From: Podarcis melisellensis | Taxonomy: Eukaryota | NCBI GenBank assembly: GCA_964234715.1 | Contig: OZ174282.1 | Length of the DNA stretch: 64,000 nucleotides | Direction: 5' to 3' (one strand) | Shown here: in pieces, positions 52,641 to 64,000 of the stretch | How the letters are laid out: each line of letters begins with the position of its first letter | How positions within the stretch are numbered: the first letter of the stretch is position 1 | Notes under the pieces: model-generated | Database searches by the model: none | What the model saw: only the letters and a program-made list of their open reading frames with translations | Told to the model about the DNA's origin: nothing | Translations under genes and position numbers: made by a program

Positions 52641-55477
52641 TCCTCAGACTTGGGTAGTGGCTTGCACTGGTGAAGAAAAAAATGCATAAGAAAGCAAAAA
52701 CTTTCAACATGCTGAAGTTTCTTTCAATAGCAATGAGATGTGTTATTTTTTTCCCCTTGAGCAGAGCAGCCAGCTTGGTTTCTGTGGAACAGCTCTGTTA
52801 GTCTCCACCGAGTAGAATTGTGAGTGACAGAATTAAAAGAGAAAAGGCTGTTTCATATTTTCCCTACAGGCGTATATAAAACATGCTAAAACCTCCCTCA
52901 GCTGGCACCACACCAAACATTAATCTCAATTTACTGTGAGTTTAGCTCCCGTCTCATCCGTGGCATCTGTGCCAGGCATGGCTGGGAATTGGAGTAACAC
53001 CTGATTTACCATGTTCAGAACTGTCCTGGACTTGGAAGGGATTAAATTGTGCCACTGAAGCGCATCATAGCATGACAAACAAAATGTGTATGGATAAATA
53101 TAGTGAATTAAACTGGAATCTCAGTCACCATGCCTGCCCATTGCTGGTAGAATCCTCATGTCCGCTTTTCACCATCCTCTTCATCCTTAATTCAATGCTC
53201 TCCTGCTGTTTACATTGGCCAAAGCAGACTGTCTCTATGAAAGAGACCAATACTTTAACAGCTATGAAACGGAGACAGCTCACCAAGCCCATGGCAGTTG
53301 CCATCTTGCCTTGCCGAAAGCCCAACCTTCGTAATGTATGTTTTAAAAACTGCTGATTTTATTTATCATTTGGGGGAAAAATAGGCTTGTTTGTTTATTT
53401 TACTAGTAAAGTTAATTTACATTTTGCATAAATTGCTTAGAAGTGGTGTAAAAAGCCTGTTAAATAAAGAGAAATCCTGACATCAGTTTTGTCTCCTCTT
53501 TAACACTCTGGGTCTGAACCTTTCAAACTTTGGGCGAAAAGCGTGAGATGTTTCAAAAGTAGTAGTAATCTGTACTTTTGAGATGTTAGTTATTATGCGG
53601 ATCCAGTTTAGAAATGCTCAAGATCATCTTGCCAAAGCCAAGCCAGTAAGACTCGAAATGCAGCCTCTTTTTCTAATGCAGATGCGTCTTTTGTCTGAGC
53701 AAGCCTTCCTCTGATGCATGAATGAGCCACCTGAACTTTCACCTCCTCCAGGTAATGTATTGCTTTTCAAACTCAATCACATTTGATTACCCTTCAAGGG
53801 TTTGGCTTCTGGCTCTGCCTGCTCTTCCGCAAGACCTGGAGCCACACAGTGAAACGGGATGCTCTCTCTCTCTTTTTTTTGAATGGCATCTGCTTTTATA
53901 GCTGAGTTGTAATCATAAATGAATATCAGCCAAGCAGTCTTTTCTTATCTATATTTATTGCTGAATTGGTTGGTAAATAATAGGCTTTTGCCTTAGTTCA
54001 TTGCTTTTTGAAATGAAGCCTCTTTAGTAAAGATTGTTAAGTAATTGCTGCTGCAGCTATTCAAAGTGTGTTGGGGGGAATAAAATGAAAATGAAATTTC
54101 CAATAGCTAGAATTCATATATTAGTGCAAGTGTAAATATGCTGTAAATTGAGGTTTGTTTGAACTTTTTCACACAATATTGGGGGAGGAGAAGATGGTTG
54201 TATTTACACAAGTAATATTATGATTATTAATGGGTTATTTAAACAGGGCAATTGTACTCCAAGAATAGCATACACCAGCTTTAAGCTCAAATAAATTTCC
54301 CTCCAAAACTTCACATTGGTGTTATCTTTTATCTTTTGCAAATTTTGATGTCAAGTATTGTCTAGTTAGAAAACATTCAAGCAAGCAGAGACTGACTATT
54401 CTCTGTGTAATTTATATCAAACTTTGATGTCTTATATTCCATAAGCAGCCTACAGAACTACTTGTTTGTAGCCAGGATAGAAATATTTCAAGTAAATAGA
54501 TTGACATCTATCAGATGATGGAAGCACTTATAACTTTATCCCAGTGAGCACCATGCTCACAAGTACACAACTGATAATACACAGTTCAACTAAAGGGCGA
54601 ATATCAACAGCCCCCGAATTATTCTCTGGTTCTGATTTCTATCCAAACTGGAGAAAAATTCTCTTCCAATCTGTGCTCTTTGCCATCTCTTTAAGCCATG
54701 TTTTCTTCAGGGACTATTTGCTGCCTTGTGGTGCTGGAGAGGAAAGAGGAGAACTTCTGCCCTTCCCTTCAACCACACCTAGGACAACTAGGGGCAGCAC
54801 TCAGGCTGTTGTGCCAAGCCATAGTGATGGGAAGGACTGATGAGTAGAGAGAAATTAGAATCAAACATGAAGCCAACTTGAAAAAGTTGGGTTTAAACTA
54901 CTGAGCTGCTTTTAGAATATTCCTGAAATGTGTCTGTTATGGTGATGGAATACTCTCTTGCCTAAGTGTTGGTTATTTTCACATACAAGACACCGGTGGG
55001 ACAATTCAAGATTCAGGTTGAAATGTCATTGTTTAATACTATGGGAATTATGCAAATATTTACTTTAATAGCTATGAAACTCTGGTGCCATTGCTAATGA
55101 AGGACAGTTTTCCAGCCACTCCTAGTCAAATAGAGCCAAGTGGAGAATTTATTGAAAACATTTCCAACTTTGCTTATCTTAAGCAATGAGAACAGAAAGG
55201 GACTCCACATTCTTGTGCACAAAGAGAAATCGCAGATGCTTTGTAAAGAATGTCATATAAACACAGGACTTAAGGTCCATTTCTCCGTGATGTCCTCTGT
55301 ATATTTTTTATCCACCCCACAGTTTCTATTCAGTGTCTATTCTGCTGCACTCATTTCCTGATGTGTACCAATACTGTACATTCCCCACTATCTTGCAGCC
55401 AGTTGCAAATGGCAAGAAAATCCCCGGTTTTTCCATTCAAATCTTAAATTGTGAAATTTCAAGTTGGGTTTAGATGT

Positions 55478-55772
55478 GGAATGTTTGAAGTAAGGAGCAA
55501 ACTTGTTTCCTCCTGCTCTGGAGGGTAGGGCTTGAACCAATGGCTTCCTTGTTACAAGAAAGGAGATTCTAACAAAACATCAGGAAGAACTTTCTGACAG
55601 TAAGAGCTGTTTGACAGTGGAATGGACTCCCTTGGGAGGTTGTAGACTCTTCTTCATTGGAGGTTTCTAAGCAGAGGTTGGATGGCCTGTCATGGATGCT
55701 TTAGCTGAGATTCCTGTGTTGCAGGGTTTTTTTTCCCCTGTGATCCTTGGGATCCCTTCCAACTCTATGATT
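55478..55772 (+). mobile_element. CR1 3' end
   Basis: aggaagaactttctgacagtaagagctgtttgacagtggaa...cccttccaactctatgatt, similar to 42020-42204. Confidence 0.85.
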
Positions 55773-57009
55773 CATTAATTCTAACAGATGCCCACAGTCA
55801 AACCAAAGAGGGTTTACCCCTTGTTTGACAGTGGGGATGAACCTGCCCTAGAATCTTAGGGTGAAGGGTGGGTAATAAAAACAATTGTAACAACAATTAC
55901 AATCATTGTAATAATAATGATAACAATAATAACAATCACCATCTATTTGGTAATAACATTCACAAAGAAAAATCTAGAGGTGAAATTTAGGAAGCAAATT
56001 AATTTTGCAGATCTAGCTTGAACATTATTTCTAGAACTCAGTTTAGCCTATCCCTCCCCCCCTTCCTACTCTTTTCCGTAAGTTCTTTCCACCAGTTCCT
56101 CCCCTGTTCTTTTTCTTCACAGTCACTGCATATCGATATTCCGATCCAAGCTTCTCACAGTAGGATCCAATTGACATGGTTATTTACAGCAGATTTCCAC
56201 TTGTAAACACACAGAATTTAATTGTCTTTCGTGTTTTGGAGGCTGCTTTCATAGCAGCCCTGTTAAATCTCACAGCACAATTTCTCTGATGACACAAATG
56301 TGAGTACAATTTGCTCCAAATTTTGGAGATGATGGGGAGCTTCTTCTATAATTTGAACTCCCAGGAGATATTGATGTTATCCAAGTTTCTCTGTATGGGG
56401 TCAAGGGGAGGGAGATCCTTTGTATCACCCCCATATTGATTCATTCAGAATTTTTTTTAAAAAGCTACAGTTGCTGTGTGTTTTTTTAAAAAGAGTATCG
56501 GCTGAAGTGGTGATTTGGCTTTCCGTTCAGCCATAAAAGGGGAAATCTGTCAGGATAGTTTGGATGTAAAATATCTGTTTTCTGTGTTCATGAGACAGAT
56601 GGGAAATGTGATCCCCAGCACTAACCTTGCAGGTGGTACTAAGTAGCCAGCTGCCACCTCCTCTGCCTCTGCTCTTTTGGCTTGGACATTATTTTCTCAG
56701 TTCAAGGAAGGACAAACTTGGCTTGTGATTACTAAAGTGACCATAGGCCAATTGTATTTTACAAGGCCCAGTCTAGACAAATAGTTCATCATGTTGGTAA
56801 AATGTTTCTGGAAAATATCAGTTTGGAATGAAAGCAGGAAATCATGATCACACGTTCTCTCTTTCTCTCTTTTTAAAACCCTACGGATGGAAAACCAAAA
56901 AGGTCTAGGTTACTTTTACCTTCTAGTACCTTCTAGATTCTAATATTTAGGAATATTCGAACATGCAATATCCTCTGCAGTCTGAAGCAACACAAGGTTA
57001 ACAACAGAG

Positions 57010-57662
57010 GTGGATGGCCACACTGACTCAGCCCCGGACACACTGACCAGATACTTGAAAGCTGTGGCTGGATGGTTTCATGGGAGCCGATTGAAACTAA
57101 ATCCTTCAAAGAAAGAGGTCCTCTGGCTGGGTTGGGATGGTATGGGGATGAGGGAACAACTCCCTTTTCTTGTGGGGGCCCAATTAGTGCCATTGCCTTC
57201 CGTTAAGAGTTCGGGTGTAATCCTTGACACCTCCCTTTCCATGGAGGCGCAGGTTACAGCAACAGCCAAGGCGACATTTTTCCACCTTCACCGCATCAAG
57301 CAGTCGGTCCCTTACCTTTCCCGCCCTGATCTGGCCACAGTGATCCATGCAACGGTCACCTCCAGGCTTGACTACTGTAATTCGCTCTACGCGGAGCTGC
57401 CCTTGAAGCTGTCCCAGAAACTCCAGAGGGTGCAGAATGCCGCAGTGAGGCTCCTCACGGGGTGTCTGCCATGGGAGCATATTCACCCAGTGCTTTTCCA
57501 GCTGCACTTGCTCCCGGTGGAGTACAGGGTCAGATTTAAGGTGCTGGTTTTGACCTTTAAAGTCCTTCACAGCCTAGGACCCTCGTACCTATGGGACCGC
57601 CTCTCCCGGTATGCCCCACGGAGGACCTTAAGGTCCATAAATAGCAACACCCTAGAGGTCCT
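57010..57662 (+). mobile_element. Internal L2 ORF2 fragment (post-RT region), truncated at both ends
   Basis: Open 218-aa frame with RLKLNPSKKEVL, SRLDYCNSLY, LQRVQNAAVRLL and RVRFKVLVLTFK, homologous to 15190-15750; no L2 3' tail. Confidence 0.9.
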
Positions 57663-57829
57663 GTAGAAGTGCACCTGGAAGGGCAACATTATGCAGACCC
57701 CATATACTATATGCACTTGACCTGAGCATATGTCCCACACGTACTGAATGGAACTTTCTTCTATGCACAGGATTGTTTTGTAAGATCGGTTTCAAAAATG
57801 CATTCCGTCATGCTTAATTCACTGAGTGG

Positions 57830-58067
57830 ATTTTTTAATTTATGGCATTTATATCGCACCCTTCTCCTCTCCCCAGAAAAGGGTAAAGGTGGCATATATG
57901 GCTCTACCACTCTCCCTATTATCCTCAGAACAACCCTGTGAGGTCGGATAGGTTGAGAGTTAATAATTGGTCCAAGAGTGGTCAGTGAACTTCATGACTA
58001 AAGAGGGATTTGAAGCTTGGTTTCACAGGCCTTAGTCTGGCACACTAACCACTTTGCAACACTGGCA
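57830..58067 (-). mobile_element. tRNA-derived CORE/MIR-like SINE
   Basis: Minus strand starts gccagtgttgcaaagtggttagtgtgccagactaag (A box) with a B-box-like gcttcaaatcc; core atcctcagaacaaccctgtgagg; L2-like tail; fragments at ~22730-22815 and 49535-49605. Confidence 0.7.
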
Positions 58068-58555
58068 TGATAAGCCTCACATCCCAATCTTCTCATTTCA
58101 GATACATGTGTAACAGGTATAATATACTATTTCAGAACATGGTGAGTTTTTGGGTGATGTGTTACTTTTCAGAGTAGTAGAAATGGGTGCTTCAAGTATA
58201 TGTTTGCATAGGTGATGGGAGCACCATAATGCACACAAAAGGATAGACTTTCACATGGTAAATGAGCATCCAATGCAGTCATGGATATGTGTTCCTGTCC
58301 TTTAAGTAAAATCAATGCTGTAAAATGCTACTTCTGCTTAGCATTTGTGTGTTTCCTTTAGATAGTGCTGTGAAGTCTATTGACCACATCTGAGCAGGAA
58401 TATGTGTTTTCCTCATAATTCTCTGTTCTGTAACCATTGATCCAAAATGCATGGCATAATAATGGGTTTTTAGAATCTGTTTCCATGGAAATCTTTGTAA
58501 TGCTAGCAACACTGGTAAATGAGCTCACTGTGGTAACTAGATTCTGCACAGTGTA

Positions 58556-58696
58556 CAATGGGGGTGGGGGACCTGTGGCCCTCCATAAGCTGCTGGACCC
58601 CAGGACCCAGCAGCCCCAGCCACTTTACCCTGTCACCAGAGTTTATGAGAGTTACAGTCCCACAACATCTGGAGAGCCACAGGCTCCCTATTACTG
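58556..58696. mobile_element. Short palindromic hAT-like MITE
   Basis: ggggacctgtggccctcca...acatctggagagccacaggctccc inverted ends; same family as 22866-23001. Confidence 0.65.
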
Positions 58697-59340
58697 ATGC
58701 ATAAAGACAGGAAAATTATTGTTGAATGTTTTGCACGTGGAAGCAGCTTCATGGGAGAATTCAAATAAATTGAGGAGGAGAAAGAAATACAATTAGCAGC
58801 ATTGGCAGGGTATTTTTGTTTTAAAAAATGTATTAAAATGTACAAATATGCACCTTTTTAATGCAATTGTTTCCTCAGCTAATGTCTCTTTCCTGAATTA
58901 GTCAAGAATTACCTACTTAAAGTAAAAAGCAACATTTCCAGTTGCGTGTCGAGGTCCCCAAGCCACCCCTCAAATAACTCACAACACAAACATAATTTTT
59001 GTTTAAGGTTTTTCAACTTTATTGAAATACATAAATGTGAGTGGTTGCTTAGGCATTGGTTATGACAATCTGTTCCCCCGCCTGGGGACAGAACTGACTT
59101 CCGGGTACCACCGAAAGCCAGTATAAGGGAAAAACAATATTGGGGAGAAGGAGCTGAGTCACAGACCCTCACCTCTCCCCGCATGCTCCCCAGGGCTTGC
59201 CGGCCCTAGGCCCATTCCAGGGATTCAGACAAAAAGATGGCAAGCCCCTGAATTCCTTTAATGGAATTTCCCTTTCCGCAGCAACCATGGAGGGGCAGGC
59301 CCAGCCAATCCTAACCCCTCCTCCAACCAATTGATAACCA

Positions 59341-62300
59341 ATGCCTAAGCGCAACCTTACAAGTTGCGACGATTTGCTACGCAGTAGGCAAAAACCAAAT
59401 GGCCTAGCCAATCGGCCAGATGGACTAAATTCTTACCAGGCCCCTGCCCCAACAGTAGACGACCCCATGACAGGCATAGCAAGGTCAACACAAACCGATA
59501 AAATTAGGGCGGGTTGGCGGGTGTTCCGTAGCTCGCAGCGAAAGAGCACAGGATTTAAAACATCTGATCCCATTGTATTAAAAAAAAGACTCTGGAATGA
59601 AAAGAAGGAGAAGATCTTGGAGAAAATAAGAGAAGGAGAGAGAAAACTGAGATCCAGGCCTAAATCGAAGGAAGTATTGAGAGAAGTGAAGTTTTTCCAG
59701 GCACAATATTCGAAACTGATAAATCAAGAGGTGGAATGGAAAATTAAACAAATGAAACAAAGATCCTTTGAATCTGCAAACAAATGTGGAAAATTGTTAG
59801 CCTGGCAGTTGAAAAAGAGACAAAAACTTAACACAGTTACAAATCTAGAGATTGAAGGGAGAATGGTTCAGAAACCCGATGAAATCAGAAGGTCCTTTCA
59901 GAAATATTTTAAAGAACTCTATTCTCAAAGGCCACAAAAAAGCTCAGAGGTGGACCAATTTGTTATAACTAATGGATTACAAAAAATACCCCAGGAAATG
60001 AGAGCAACCCTGAACTGTAATATCACAACCCAAGAAATTGAATGCGCCATCCAGAACCTCCAACTGGGCAAATCTCCGGGACCTGATGGGCTTACTTCCA
60101 AATATTATAAGGTACTGAAGGACTCATTGACACAACCATTGCTGGAAGTTTGCAACCAGATTATGGAGGGGAGGAAGGCACCGGAAACGTGGAAAGAAGC
60201 CTTCATCACGTTGATCTTAAAACTAGAATCTGAAAAAACTCAACTTAAAAACTACCGTCCTATCTCACTCCTAAATGTGGATTATAAAATTTTTGCAGAC
60301 ATTTTGGCAAGTAGGTTTAAGAAAGTCTTAAATGAAGTTATTCATAAGGACCAAGCAGGCTTTCTCCCTGGTAGGCATTTATTTGACAACACAAGAAACA
60401 TCATTGACATTTTGGAGTTTTTACAGATTAATTCAAACACAAGAGCGGTGTTGATCTTTATTGATGCGGAGAAGGCCTTTGACAACATTTCTTGGCTGTT
60501 TATGAAGAAAAATTTGGAAAGGATGGGAGTAGGGCGGGGGTTTGAAAATGGAATAGAAGCAATTTATTCAGAACAAAAGGCCAAATTGATAGTAAACAAC
60601 GTGGTGACAGAGGAGTTTAAAATTGAAAAAGGGACACGACAGGGGTGCCCTCTATCTCCTCTGCTGTTTATTTCAGTCCTGGAGGTGCTACTGAACATGA
60701 TTAGAAACGACCGGTTGACACAGGGAATTGTGGTCGGAGAGAAACAATATAAACTGAAAGCTTTCGCAGATGACTTGGTATTAACATTACAGGAGCCAGC
60801 CTCTAGTACTAAAAGAGCGTTAGAATTAATTTCTGATTTTGGTCGGGTGGCGGGATTCAAGCTGAATAAACAAAAAACTAAAGTTTTAGCAAAAAACTTG
60901 ACAACTACTGAAATAGAGGAGTTCAGAAAAGAAACAGAACTAAATGTGGTTAAAAAAGTAAAGTACCTAGGGGTGCACTTGACCTCCAAAAATTTGAATT
61001 TATTTAAGGACAACTATGAGAAATGTTGGTCAGAGATAAAAAGAGATTTGGAAACATGGTCAAGATTAAAACTTTCCTTGTTGGGCAGAATAGCTGCTAT
61101 AAAGATGAATGTATTGCCGAAAATGCTATTTTTGTTTCAGTCCCTCCAGATCGTGGATAAGGTGGAATGTTTTGGAAAATGGCAGAGGGATTTATCCAAA
61201 TTTGTCTGGCAGGGCAAAAAGCCCCGAATAAAGTTTAAAATACTAACAGATGCGAAAGAAAGAGGGGGGTTTGCCCTGCCGGACTTGAGGTTATATTACG
61301 AAGCTGCAGCCCTCTGCTGGTTGAAGGATTGGATCCTATTGGAGAACACCGATGTCCTTGACCTGGAGGGATTTGATAATGCTTTTGGGTGGCATGCATA
61401 TTTGTGGTATGACAAGGTTAAAGTTCATAAATTGTTCAAAAACCATATTGTCAGAAGGACAATTTTCATGGTCTGGTCAAAATATAAAGACTTATTGGAG
61501 AGTAAAACTCCGAGGTGGCTCTCACCGATGGAGGCTAAAGCACGTAAAAGACTCAATATGGAGGCCCACTGGCCTAAATATTGGGAAATAATTGAAAAAA
61601 TTGGAGATAAATGGAGGTTACAGAGTATGGAAAAGTTAAAAAACAAGGTGCGAGATTGGTTGCATTATGCTCAAATCCAGGAAGTTTTTAAAGCAGACAA
61701 AAAAGTGGGTTTTCAGGAGGAAAAATCGAAACTAGAAACAGAGTTGCTTGAGCCAAAATCCAAGCTAATTTCGAGAATGTATAACTTGCTGCTTAAATGG
61801 AACACACAGGATGAGATTGTCAAATCCTCTATGATAAAGTGGGCACAGGACTTGGGGCATAACATTATGTTTGAAGACTGGGAAAGGTTATGGAACACCG
61901 GAATGAAATTTACGGCATGTACTGCCTTGAAGGAAAACATTATGAAAATGATATACCGGTGGTACATGACCCCAGTCAAGCTTGCAAAGATATATCACCT
62001 GTCTGATAATAAATGCTGGAAATGTAAGGAAGAGGAAGGGACATTTTTACACCTCTGGTGGATCTGCCCGAAAGTGAAGGCCTTCTGGGAAATGATACAT
62101 AATGAACTAAAAAAGGTGCTGAGATTCACCTTACCTAAGAAACCGGAGGCCTTCCTTCTGGGCATGGTAGACCAGAGGATGGTCAAGAAAGATAGAACTT
62201 TCTTTATGTACGCTACTACAGCAGCGAGGATTCTGTTGGCAAAGCACTGGAAGACACAAAATCTACCCACATTGGAAGAATGGCAGACGCAGCTGATGGA

Positions 62301-62421
62301 CTATATGGAGTTGGCTGAAATGACTGGCAGAATTCGAGACTCGGGAGAAGAAGAAACGGAGGAAGTTTGGAAAAATTTTAAGGACTATTTGAAAAAGCAT
62401 TATAAGTTGTATGAATGTTAA
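59341..62421 (+). CDS. L1 ORF2 reverse transcriptase plus C-terminal CCHC; first ~77 codons come from the flanking element and TSD, not from L1
   Basis: Motifs KSPGPDG, YRPISLLNVDYKIFA, IDAEKAFD, GTRQGCPLSPLLF, FADD, KYLG and CWKC-x8-HLWWIC; no APE endonuclease motifs. Confidence 0.9.
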   Translation: MPKRNLTSCDDLLRSRQKPNGLANRPDGLNSYQAPAPTVDDPMTGIARSTQTDKIRAGWRVFRSSQRKSTGFKTSDPIVLKKRLWNEKKEKILEKIREGERKLRSRPKSKEVLREVKFFQAQYSKLINQEVEWKIKQMKQRSFESANKCGKLLAWQLKKRQKLNTVTNLEIEGRMVQKPDEIRRSFQKYFKELYSQRPQKSSEVDQFVITNGLQKIPQEMRATLNCNITTQEIECAIQNLQLGKSPGPDGLTSKYYKVLKDSLTQPLLEVCNQIMEGRKAPETWKEAFITLILKLESEKTQLKNYRPISLLNVDYKIFADILASRFKKVLNEVIHKDQAGFLPGRHLFDNTRNIIDILEFLQINSNTRAVLIFIDAEKAFDNISWLFMKKNLERMGVGRGFENGIEAIYSEQKAKLIVNNVVTEEFKIEKGTRQGCPLSPLLFISVLEVLLNMIRNDRLTQGIVVGEKQYKLKAFADDLVLTLQEPASSTKRALELISDFGRVAGFKLNKQKTKVLAKNLTTTEIEEFRKETELNVVKKVKYLGVHLTSKNLNLFKDNYEKCWSEIKRDLETWSRLKLSLLGRIAAIKMNVLPKMLFLFQSLQIVDKVECFGKWQRDLSKFVWQGKKPRIKFKILTDAKERGGFALPDLRLYYEAAALCWLKDWILLENTDVLDLEGFDNAFGWHAYLWYDKVKVHKLFKNHIVRRTIFMVWSKYKDLLESKTPRWLSPMEAKARKRLNMEAHWPKYWEIIEKIGDKWRLQSMEKLKNKVRDWLHYAQIQEVFKADKKVGFQEEKSKLETELLEPKSKLISRMYNLLLKWNTQDEIVKSSMIKWAQDLGHNIMFEDWERLWNTGMKFTACTALKENIMKMIYRWYMTPVKLAKIYHLSDNKCWKCKEEEGTFLHLWWICPKVKAFWEMIHNELKKVLRFTLPKKPEAFLLGMVDQRMVKKDRTFFMYATTAARILLAKHWKTQNLPTLEEWQTQLMDYMELAEMTGRIRDSGEEETEEVWKNFKDYLKKHYKLYEC

Positions 62422-62760
62422 AAAATGCTCCTTTTTAGGAAGGTATAGCTTCAGTATCGGCAAATTTCTGAATTGATAAATAAGACACTATAAGACAGAA
62501 GTGAGGTAACGAAATATTTTTATTGTGTGGAAATTAAAAATTAATGCAATTGTATCGAAATGTTTACATCAGATAACACGATAAAATGGAAGATATATTG
62601 GTATGTATAAAACAAGTCAACAAATTGCTGAGGTTTTGGTTACACAGGGAATGTAGTGCTCGGGAGATGGGGGAAGTCCATTGGATTCATGGAAGTATGT
62701 ATTTGAAAGTGGAAATTTGTTTATTAAAAACCTAATAAAATATTTATAAAAAAAAAAAAA
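59572..62760 (+). mobile_element. L1-clade LINE, 5'-truncated (no endonuclease domain), young
   Basis: TSD TAAAACATCTGATCCC at 59556-59571 and 62761-62776; L1-type TT/AAAA target; uninterrupted ORF2 to stop at 62421; 3' UTR with AATAAA at 62734-62739 and A13 tail at 62748-62760. Confidence 0.96.
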
Positions 62761-64000
62761 TAAAACATCTGATCCCTCCCACCAAATTGCAACATAGAAT
62801 TTACTCCAGCAACCCAGCCATCCAATCGTTGCCACAGGCTTCCATAGGAATCCTGCCTGGCAACAGGGGTTGCCTGGTAAACCCCACTGCAACACGTGCT
62901 CTCCATGAGGGAGAACATGCTTTATGCCCACACCACTGCCACCCCAATGGAGAGAGCTGGAAATGTTGGTTGTGTGTATGCCTGTGTTTGCTGTATGTTA
63001 ATGAGAGAAAAAGAGAGAGAGAGATTGATTGTGTAACTGCATATAAATTGGCCCCTGCTGGCATGTGACCCTTGGAAGGGTGGTTGACCATCAGTGCAGA
63101 CCTTGGGCTGGAAAGAGTATATAATTTCTATATGTGACAGTGCAATACTGGAAGTAATTATCTACAAACATACACACCTCAGCACAACCACTGTTACGTA
63201 TGCACTCTGCATCCATCTGCAATTAACAGTGATTTTTTTAAAAATAAAAAACTTCCTCAGTAAACAACTGGAATGAGCCTTAAAGTACCCAATCTACTCT
63301 GCACTGCAATGTAGCTCTTCATCACACTCCCATTATTTTCCTCCTACTTGTGCTTTACTGCTCTCTTACCACCTCCGTTTTATAACCCCACTTTAATGAG
63401 TCATTATTAAACTTTTCCCAGCCTAGACCAACTTTAAAAAAATGACTCCTTGCAGGCAGACAGTCTATAGCATCCCCTGGTGAGTGACTTGCAGGCTCTG
63501 GAGTTCATAATTATGGGAATGACAAAGAAAACATATAAACACTTTTTATAGGAATCCTCTAGTGGCTGTGGCCTGGCATGTAAAACGTCAGCAGACTTTA
63601 TACCTTTAGGGATTATTTGCAGGGGTGGGAAGTTGTTGTTCCTCTAACTTTTTATTCTGCTTAAAAAATGAAAAACAAAAACAAAACCTCACTGTGTTAA
63701 GCTTGAAAATGTGGATCATATTGATGTGGGGGACTTTTGCAAATTGTATGTGACTTCCCCCCACCTCATCTGCTCCTGAAGATTCCAGCCAGGAGAAAGG
63801 ACATTAAAACATGAATGTGTGCATAAAATATCCACTTAAATCAAAGCAGCATAACAAGTATTCATCACCACATTTTGCTGATGCACAGGTTAGTGTTATC
63901 TGTAGTCTTACAAAGCAGTGAATTCTTTGCTAAAGAATCTTATACGAACTTGGACGTGCTGGATAAGCGATTCAAGAGCTGAACTGTTAGATGATCTAAA

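Larger units (their letters stand above)
58943..62918 (-). mobile_element. ~770-bp LTR-like / putative DIRS-Ngaro-type non-coding element, interrupted by the L1 (segments 58943-59571 and 62777-62918)
   Basis: Shares blocks with 47457-48324 (caactttatt...ggcattgg at 59014-59059; aagttgcgacgatttgctacg from 59361); same TTGCGTG left terminus; minus-strand AATAAA near the terminus. Right boundary inferred by analogy. Confidence 0.6.

Noticed and set aside
232-63276. The many 60-190 aa ORFs in the ORF track as host genes
   Set aside because: No recognisable domains; many run through microsatellites or are antisense or alternative frames of LINE fragments; expected by chance in 64 kb.
1-64000. CRISPR array, operon or prokaryotic defence system
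   Set aside because: The sequence is vertebrate; there are no regularly spaced repeat-spacer units or dense gene organisation.

Overview
Eukaryotic, repeat-rich genomic DNA from a squamate reptile, probably a lizard. This is inferred from the co-occurrence of Sauria SINEs, BovB, CR1, L2 and L1 elements. I found no host protein-coding exon, RNA gene or CRISPR array that I can support, so the window reads as a large intron or gene desert. All recognisable ORFs are retrotransposon-derived: a young 5'-truncated L1 ORF2 (59572-62760, 16-bp TSD), a decayed L2 ORF2 (~13795-16020), an internal L2 fragment, and CR1/BovB 3' ends. There is also a clean solo LTR (36531-36986), many Tc1/mariner- and hAT-type MITEs, and several SINEs. 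The most unusual structure is a pair of related ~0.8-kb non-coding elements (47457-48324 and 58943-62918). They lack normal TSDs, and their two ends, when joined as a circle, form the same nested hairpin around a CAT(T)GCGTG junction, suggesting tyrosine-recombinase (DIRS/Ngaro-like) elements. The L1 has inserted into the second copy, creating a 1026-codon chimeric ORF. A perfect 33-bp hairpin at 6360-6437 and candidate conserved non-coding blocks are also noted. Repeat family names come from recalled motifs, not database searches, and boundaries of old repeats are approximate.
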